NCBI GenBank assembly: GCA_028714495.1
Contig: JAQTMH010000001.1
Span: 245,036-309,035, forward strand
From: Patescibacteria group bacterium
GTDB taxonomy: Bacteria > Patescibacteriota > Patescibacteriia > JAHIZJ01
Length of the DNA: 64,000 bases
Direction of reading: 5' to 3'
Of this stretch, positions 58,241 to 64,000 are shown one piece after another. Position numbers and translations under genes: made by a program. Below the pieces are notes generated by a model. The model made no database searches. It was not told the DNA's origin and was given only the letters and a program-made list of their open reading frames with translations. Every line of letters starts with the position of its first letter. The stretch's first letter is position 1.

Positions 58241-59198
58241 GAGAATGATTTGGGAAACAATTAACCAAAAAATTCAGGCGGCTGGCAATATATTGATTCT
58301 TAATCCCAAGGATTCGGACGGCGACAGCCTTGGTTCAAGCTTGGCTTTGGCTCACTACCTCAAATCTTTGGAAAAACCGCATTTGGTTTTTGCCGCCAAG
58401 CCGCCCTCCTCGCAATTGGATTACCTGCCCGGCTTTGAAGAAATCTCTTCTGACCTTGGATCACTCGATCTTAACAGCTTTGATCTAGTTATCGCCGTGG
58501 ATTTTGCCGATTTAAAAATGCTGGGTTTCGCCCCTGAATTAATCGGAAAACTGCTAAAAAAGACGATTATCAACATTGATCATCATCCGACTAATTTCCG
58601 TTACGGCCAGATTAATGTCGTTGAGCCGACGGCTGCGGCTACTTCTGAATTGCTTTTTTACTTTTTTGAAGATTTGAATTTGCCTTACGACAAATTAATC
58701 GCCACCTGTCTTTTATCTGGAATAATCCACGACACCGGCAGTTTCGCCCATTTGAATACCACACCGTCGGTGATAGAGATTTCAGCCCGCTTGCTGGTCA
58801 AGGGCGCGCGCCTGAAAACTATCACCGCTTATGCTCAAAACAAGTCATTGCCCACATTAAAACTATGGGGCGTCGCTCTCTCCCGGCTGACACATAACCA
58901 GCGCTATGGCCTATCAACAACAGTCATCACCCAAAAAGACCTGGCTGGCCTGAACACCAACGGCGAGGCAACCGAAGGAATCGCCAACTTTTTAAATAAC
59001 CTGACCGAGGCTAAAGCAATCATGGTTTTAAAGGAGGATTCTGACGGCCGGATCAGAGGCAGCCTGAGGACTACCACCTCGGGCGTGGACGTCTCGCGCC
59101 TGGCAGCGCTCTTGGGCGGCGGCGGCCACAAAAAAGCCTCAGGTTTCAACCTCAGGGGCAAACTCATCCACACCGGCAGGTATTGGCAAATTGTCTAA
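58212..59198 (+). CDS. DHH/DHHA1 phosphoesterase, NrnA-like oligoribonuclease/pAp phosphatase
   Basis: 'NPKDSDGDSLGS' (motif I), 'INIDHHPTN' (DHH), C-terminal 'GGGGHKKASGF' (DHHA1). Confidence 0.75.
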   Translation: MTNSTKTMVERMIWETINQKIQAAGNILILNPKDSDGDSLGSSLALAHYLKSLEKPHLVFAAKPPSSQLDYLPGFEEISSDLGSLDLNSFDLVIAVDFADLKMLGFAPELIGKLLKKTIINIDHHPTNFRYGQINVVEPTAAATSELLFYFFEDLNLPYDKLIATCLLSGIIHDTGSFAHLNTTPSVIEISARLLVKGARLKTITAYAQNKSLPTLKLWGVALSRLTHNQRYGLSTTVITQKDLAGLNTNGEATEGIANFLNNLTEAKAIMVLKEDSDGRIRGSLRTTTSGVDVSRLAALLGGGGHKKASGFNLRGKLIHTGRYWQIV

Positions 59199-59242
59199 TC
59201 TCTTCTATAATATCTATTACCAAACATTAACTTAAAAACCAT

Positions 59243-59821
59243 ATGTACTTAATACCCACTGTTATCGAAAAATCGTCTTTCGGCGAACGCGCCTATGACA
59301 TTTATTCCCGCTTGCTGAAAGAAAGGATTATTTTTCTCGGTTCACCCATTGACGATGGCGTGGCGAATACCGTCATTGCTCAATTTCTCTTTCTCGAAAG
59401 CGAAGACAAAAACAAAGAGATCAAACTGTATGTCAATACTCCGGGCGGCTCGGTTACGGCCGGCATGGCTATCTATGACACCATGCAATATGTGAAGCCG
59501 CCGGTTTCAACTATCTGCGTCGGCTTGGCTGGCAGCATGGGCGCGGTCTTGCTGTCTGCCGGCCAGAAAGGGAAGCGCTTTGCCTTGCCGAATTCCGAGA
59601 TTCTAATCCACCAAGTGATGGGCGGAGCCGAGGGGCAAGCCATTGACGTCGACATTCGGGCCCGGCACATCATTAAGATCAAGGACCGGCTGAATAAGAT
59701 TCTGGCTTTTCACACTGACCAGCCACTTAAGAAAATTGAGAAGGACACTGATCGCGATTATTTCATGTCCGCCGAGGAAGCCAGGCTCTATGGCATCATT
59801 GACCGGATTATCAAGAAATAG
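59243..59821 (+). CDS. clpP: ATP-dependent Clp protease proteolytic subunit
   Basis: '[14 protein letters not shown]' (catalytic Ser region) and 'ILIHQVMGG' (His). Confidence 0.9.
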   Translation: MYLIPTVIEKSSFGERAYDIYSRLLKERIIFLGSPIDDGVANTVIAQFLFLESEDKNKEIKLYVNTPGGSVTAGMAIYDTMQYVKPPVSTICVGLAGSMGAVLLSAGQKGKRFALPNSEILIHQVMGGAEGQAIDVDIRARHIIKIKDRLNKILAFHTDQPLKKIEKDTDRDYFMSAEEARLYGIIDRIIKK

Positions 59822-59934
59822 GTCTAATCAACAATAATAATCCGTTTTTATTCTTGTCTAAATTTAGCCAATATGGTACGATGGCTAATGAATTTATAGT
59901 TCACTATCTAAACCGACCAATAACGTGATTCACT

Positions 59935-61461
59935 ATGTCAGTAACAACTTTGATCGTCTTGGTGGCAGCCGGTTTTGCGGTAGGCGGCTTACTTGGATTT
60001 CTGATTTACAAAATATTGATTTCCAAGCGGGCGGATTCGGCCGAAGCCAAGGCGCAGGAACTTATCAGGCAAGCTCAGAACAAACAAAAGGAAATACTCC
60101 TCTCGGCCAAGGACAAGGCGCTTAGAACCATTGAAGACGCCAAAAGAGAGGAAGGCCGCCGGCACGAGGAAGTCACTCACCTCCAGGAACGCCTGGAAAA
60201 ACGCGAGGGCATGTTCGATCAAAAGCTGATGGAACTTGAAAATCGTCAGCAGAAGCTCTATGAACGGGCTCAGCGCATCGAACACGTAAAAAAGGAAGTT
60301 GAAGGCATACGGGCTGAACAAGTCGCGCTTCTGGAAAAGGTTTCATCAATGAGCCGGGACGATGCCAAAAAATACCTCCTCGACCAAACCGAGAAACAGA
60401 TCAAGGACGATTTGGTCCAACGCATGAGAAAAATCAAGCAAGAGGGCCAGGAGGAAATTGAAAAAGAGGCGAAAAATCTTTTGAGTTTGGTTATCCAGCG
60501 CTGCGCTTCCTCCCACGCGGCTGAAACCACCACGACCACGGTGGCCCTGCCGTCAGATGAAATGAAAGGCCGGATTATCGGCCGCGAGGGTCGCAATATT
60601 CGAGTTATCGAGCAGCTGACCGGCGTTGAAATCGTGGTCGATGATACGCCGGAAGTCATCATTATTTCAGGCTTCAGCCCGATCCGCCGGCATCTGGCAA
60701 AACGGGCGCTCGAAAAGCTTATCCAGGACGGCCGGATTCATCCTTCACGCATTGAGGAGACGGTTGAAATAGCCAAAAAAGAATTAGCCAAGGATATCAA
60801 GGAAGCCGGCGAAGAAGCCGCCTATGAAGCTGGCGTAGCCGGTCTTGACCCGAAACTCGTCCAACTGCTCGGCCGGCTGAAATACCGGACCAGTTACGGC
60901 CAAAACGTTCTTAAACATTCGATTGAAGTCGGCCTCTTAGCCGGCATGCTGGCTGAAGAATTGAAAGCTAATGTCCCGGTTTGCAAAAAAGGCGGGCTAC
61001 TTCATGACATCGGCAAGGCTGTCGATCATGAAGTTCAGGGCGGCCACCCGCAAATCGGCTATGATATCATGAAAAAATTTCATCTGCCCGAAGAGGTTGC
61101 TTATTTGGCCGCCGCCCACCATGAAGACGCGCCCAAAACCCTAGAAGGCATTATTGTTAAAGTCGCCGATGCCATTTCCGGGGCCCGTTTCGGCGCCCGA
61201 AAAGACTCTTACGAGAATTATCTCCAGAGATTAAACGAGCTTGAAACTGTAGCCAATGGTTTCCCCGGCGTTGAAAAATCCTATGCCATCCAGGCCGGCC
61301 GCGAAGTCAGAATTTTCGTCAAGCCGGAGGAAATTGACGACCTCCAGGCCGAACGCCTGGCCCGAGATATCGCCAACCGGATTGAAGAAGAGCTCCGTTA
61401 TCCCGGTGAAATAAAAGTAAATCTCATCCGCGAAAAACGGGTGATCGAATATGCCCGTTAA
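59935..61461 (+). CDS. rny: ribonuclease Y
   Basis: N-terminal TM, coiled coil, KH ('GRIIGREGRNIRVIEQLTGVEIVVDD') and HD ('LLHDIGKAVDHE') domains. Confidence 0.9.
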   Translation: MSVTTLIVLVAAGFAVGGLLGFLIYKILISKRADSAEAKAQELIRQAQNKQKEILLSAKDKALRTIEDAKREEGRRHEEVTHLQERLEKREGMFDQKLMELENRQQKLYERAQRIEHVKKEVEGIRAEQVALLEKVSSMSRDDAKKYLLDQTEKQIKDDLVQRMRKIKQEGQEEIEKEAKNLLSLVIQRCASSHAAETTTTTVALPSDEMKGRIIGREGRNIRVIEQLTGVEIVVDDTPEVIIISGFSPIRRHLAKRALEKLIQDGRIHPSRIEETVEIAKKELAKDIKEAGEEAAYEAGVAGLDPKLVQLLGRLKYRTSYGQNVLKHSIEVGLLAGMLAEELKANVPVCKKGGLLHDIGKAVDHEVQGGHPQIGYDIMKKFHLPEEVAYLAAAHHEDAPKTLEGIIVKVADAISGARFGARKDSYENYLQRLNELETVANGFPGVEKSYAIQAGREVRIFVKPEEIDDLQAERLARDIANRIEEELRYPGEIKVNLIREKRVIEYAR

Positions 61462-62266
61462 ATCCCCGCTCACCTTTCTAATCTTCGGGGATGTGGTGGG
61501 CCGTCCCGGACGAACCGCCCTCTCAAAAATCGTACCCCGGCTCCGCGAGGAATTAAATCCTACGCTGGTTATCGCCAATGCTGAGAATCTGGCGCACGGC
61601 ACGGGAGTCACCAGAAAATCACTGGCCGAATGTCAGCAAGCGGGGATTGATTTCTTCACCTCGGGAAACCATATCTTCAGAAGAAAGGAGACAACCGAGC
61701 TGCTCACTGAAAGAGACTCCGTGCTCATCCGGCCGGCCAACTACCCGCCGAGTACTCCTGGTCAGGGAGCTAAACTTCTCACCCTTGGAACAAAAAAAGT
61801 TCTTATCATAAATCTGAACGGCCGGGTTTTTCTCAATGAAGACTTCGACTGCCCCTTCCGCAAACTGGATGAGATACTGAAAACCTACGAATCAGAAGAG
61901 CCCAACGCCATCCTCGTGGATTTCCACACTGAAGCCACTTCTGAAACCGTCGCTTTTGGCTGGTACGCCGACAGCCGCGTTTCCTTGGTTTTCGGCACGC
62001 ACACTCATGTTCCGACCGCTGATCAGAGAATCCTGCCTGGCGGCACCGGCTACATCACTGATGTCGGGATGGTCGGCGTAAGAGATTCAGTGCTGGGTGT
62101 TGATAAAGACGTGATTATCAGAAGATTTCTGACCCAGCAGCCTTTTAGCCACGACATCCCAGAGTCTGGCATTGTCCAAGTAAACGCCATCCTGGTAACC
62201 GTGAATCCTAAAACCATGAAAACAGAATCAATCGAACGTTTAGATCGCGAAGTATCCGTCGAATAA
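61451..62266 (+). CDS. ymdB: YmdB-family metallophosphoesterase (2',3'-cyclic-nucleotide phosphodiesterase-like)
   Basis: 'FLIFGDVVGRPGR', 'IANAENLAHGTG' and 'GNHIF' calcineurin-like motifs. Conserved position directly after rny. Confidence 0.75.
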   Translation: MPVKSPLTFLIFGDVVGRPGRTALSKIVPRLREELNPTLVIANAENLAHGTGVTRKSLAECQQAGIDFFTSGNHIFRRKETTELLTERDSVLIRPANYPPSTPGQGAKLLTLGTKKVLIINLNGRVFLNEDFDCPFRKLDEILKTYESEEPNAILVDFHTEATSETVAFGWYADSRVSLVFGTHTHVPTADQRILPGGTGYITDVGMVGVRDSVLGVDKDVIIRRFLTQQPFSHDIPESGIVQVNAILVTVNPKTMKTESIERLDREVSVE

Positions 62267-62303
62267 TTTTTTGAAAAATAATATACTAAAAAAGGAGGGT
62301 AAT

Positions 62304-62681
62304 ATGGAAAAATCAATGAGTAAAGCCGAATTAATGGAAAAAATCGGCGAACGCGCTCACGTTTCAAAAAAACAGGCCGAAGACGTGATGCAATCTTTTG
62401 AAGACATTGTCTATGAAACGCTTCGGTCTGGCGGTGAAGTCACGCTTACCGGCTTCGGTACGTTTCTGGCCAAAGAACGGCATTCGCGCATGGGCGTCAA
62501 TCCGCAAAAACCGACTGAGCGGATAAAAATCCCGGCCGTAACCGTGCCGAAATTCAAGGCCGGCAAAGCCCTGAAAGACGCCTTGAAGCAGGGTGGCGCG
62601 ACAGCCCCAGCTGAACCTGTCAGCCCGCCGCCAGCTGAACCAACGCCTCCAGTCGAACCAACACCCCCGCCCGCTTCTTAA
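62304..62681 (+). CDS. hup: HU-family DNA-binding protein with Pro/Ala-rich C-terminal extension
   Basis: AAAGGAGGG RBS then MEKSMSKAEL. 'GFGTF...R.GVNPQ' HU arm. Tail 'APAEPVSPPPAEPTPPVEPTPPPAS'. Confidence 0.85.
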   Translation: MEKSMSKAELMEKIGERAHVSKKQAEDVMQSFEDIVYETLRSGGEVTLTGFGTFLAKERHSRMGVNPQKPTERIKIPAVTVPKFKAGKALKDALKQGGATAPAEPVSPPPAEPTPPVEPTPPPAS

Positions 62682-62800
62682 AAGAAGGCCTTTTATCACT
62701 TGGGAAAAGAAGTGTCCATCCTGCCCATTTTCCTGACTGAAATTGATCGGGTGTTTCTTGCCTTTTTCATGATTGTTTATTATTCTAACGAATACTTCAT

Positions 62801-62875
62801 GCGCCCGTAGTTCAATGGATAGAATGCTTGGCTTCGGACCAAGAGGTTGGGGGTTCGAGTCCCTCCGGGCGCACT
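62801..62875 (+). tRNA. tRNA-Arg (anticodon UCG), CCA not encoded
   Basis: Acceptor GCGCCCG/CGGGCGC. Anticodon stem CTTGG/CCAAG with loop CTTCGGA. T-loop TTCGAGT. Confidence 0.85.
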
Positions 62876-62924
62876 TTAGAAACCACAATGCATCTTGAAT
62901 AAGTAAGCTTGTGTTTGATATAGA

Positions 62925-63052
62925 GTGGACTCGAAGGGCACCCTGCACCATGACGGTGCAGGGTAGAGCTAGAATCCGCGCCCCACACTCGATTCTGAAC
63001 CTGAGTGTAGCGACTGGTTCAGAGAGTGGTGCGGTGGCCTCCGGGCGCACCA
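62925..63052 (+). repeat. tRNA-Arg 3'-end-derived hairpin element
   Basis: Contains CCCTGCACCatgacgGGTGCAGGG, the same hairpin as element A near tRNA-Leu. A tRNA-like shell GCGCCCC...[TCTGAACC/GGTTCAGA stem]...CCTCCGGGCGCACCA reuses the acceptor ends of tRNA-Arg(UCG) and adds CCA. Confidence 0.55.
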
Positions 63053-63134
63053 TTGATACTAGTTCGAATCAATTCACAAAGTGGTAAAGTAGTTTTACCT
63101 GCTTTTTTATATAAAAGGGACTCCGAGCAGATGC

Positions 63135-63926
63135 TTACGGAGTCCTTAACTTTCCACTTTGGTCGGATTCGTGCCTTTCAATTAGACACTGCAGCGCGAA
63201 TTGAGCAGTCGAGATTTCGAGGTCACCTGGCTGGCGGGTAGTCAGATATCTCTGAAGCAAGTGATTGGTTTGTCTGGTTATAGGCAGTTTGCCCCAATCG
63301 ACTAGCTTGTCAATCCAGAGAACACACTCCATGCCGATCAGGGAGACTATCACCTGATCGATTTTCAACTGACTGGCGATTGACATTGCGGCGAAATCAG
63401 CCATGATCAACGGCAGAATCAAGCGCCCGCCGCAACGATCATTAATTCGGCTCTCTCGACTAATATTCTCGACTTCAGTGGTACCAGTGCGCTCGTAGGC
63501 GGCGATGGCCATGTGCTCGGCTGCGTGATATGAAGCAATGTAGCGACGCAGTATGTAGATGAAATAAACCAGGGCACCAACCGTCAATATCCAAAACTCG
63601 GCGATTTGCCAGTCGCTCATTAGTCGAGGCTGGGGCGTGGGGTGCATGATACGACTAATGTAGCCACAAGCCAGACCAATCACTATACCGGCCGCACAAA
63701 CCAGCATGCCTTTGGGAGGCATGCCATCCAGCAACAAAAGGCATAGACGAACCAACCTGGGAATCGGCCACCGGTCCAAACGTGCCAGCAGGCTCGATAT
63801 TCTCCGTGGCTTAACATCACAAGTTATCTTCCCATTTCTGTCTACCACGGCCGTGGCTGCGTATTTCACAGACATTATACTGATACGGTAAGGCCCTGAC
63901 ATGCCTCCGACGATTTTCACCTTCAT
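63135..63926 (-). CDS. polytopic membrane protein (DUF1385-like, 'YHAAEHM' motif), hypothetical
   Basis: 263-aa ORF with several TM helices and an AAEH motif reminiscent of the YqhQ/DUF1385 family. Tentative. Confidence 0.45.
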   Translation of the reverse strand: MKVKIVGGMSGPYRISIMSVKYAATAVVDRNGKITCDVKPRRISSLLARLDRWPIPRLVRLCLLLLDGMPPKGMLVCAAGIVIGLACGYISRIMHPTPQPRLMSDWQIAEFWILTVGALVYFIYILRRYIASYHAAEHMAIAAYERTGTTEVENISRESRINDRCGGRLILPLIMADFAAMSIASQLKIDQVIVSLIGMECVLWIDKLVDWGKLPITRQTNHLLQRYLTTRQPGDLEISTAQFALQCLIERHESDQSGKLRTP

Positions 63927-64000
63927 GATATTCCTCCAAAGAGAGAACCTCTAAATCTTGGTCTGCCAACTCGTTTGGCTGACAGACTCGAATCCGATCT

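Noticed and set aside
62364-63053. 229-aa minus-strand ORF
   Set aside because: Runs antisense through the hup gene and tRNA-Arg(UCG) and across the tRNA-like element. No RBS. Spurious.
1-64000. CRISPR array
   Set aside because: None of the repeats are short (24-48 bp) units with regular spacing and unique spacers. The repeats found are long, hairpin-rich and irregularly spaced.

Overview
This 64-kb window appears to be a single bacterial contig, because the same repeat families occur in both halves, but its composition is strongly mosaic.

Positions 1 to about 10,800 form a higher-GC, accessory-like block. Every gene in it is on the minus strand and encodes a small secreted, lipo- or membrane protein: a DsbA-like oxidoreductase, a lipoprotein, a type IV pilin-like protein, paralogous small secreted proteins and an OMP-like protein. 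Between these genes lie at least four families of structured or palindromic repeats, plus a 143-bp near-perfect direct repeat that flanks one gene.

From about 11 kb onward the window carries housekeeping genes (listed in order in the features):
- riboflavin synthesis: ribH, ribE, riboflavin kinase
- folate: folC
- stress/repair: nfo, tig, hppA, nusA, rnhB
- metabolism: gdhA, an aminotransferase, trxA, a DEAD-box helicase
- translation/RNA turnover: infB-rbfA-nrnA-like, clpP, rny-ymdB, hup

This backbone is interrupted by high-GC islets. One of them carries an fbaB whose product has a proteobacterial-type sequence.

Five tRNAs were found by hand-folding:
- Leu-UAA (12446..12532, plus strand)
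- Ala-GGC (49732..49807, plus strand)
- Ala-CGC (52582..52657, minus strand)
- Arg-CCU (52981..53052, minus strand)
- Arg-UCG (62801..62875, plus strand)

Three of the five tRNA loci are flanked by hairpin-rich elements that begin or end with exact copies of the tRNA's own termini. tRNA-Ala(CGC) sits inside a tandem array of tRNA-derived 5' halves and CCA-ended 3' fragments. That array is bracketed by perfect 14-bp palindromes (GTTCCACGTGGAAC, three copies).

Other notable items:
- a 2,253-aa surface protein with an M14-like domain, beta-helix-like repeats, five FN3 repeats, Ig-like domains and a C-terminal LysM
- a PaaK/F390-synthetase-like adenylating enzyme followed by three tandem PlsC-type acyltransferases
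- a candidate ~320-nt ncRNA with a TTGACA promoter and an intrinsic terminator
- a small Cys-rich ORF

No rRNA, CRISPR array, transposase or integrase was recognised. All calls come from reading the sequence and ORF translations by eye. No database search was possible.
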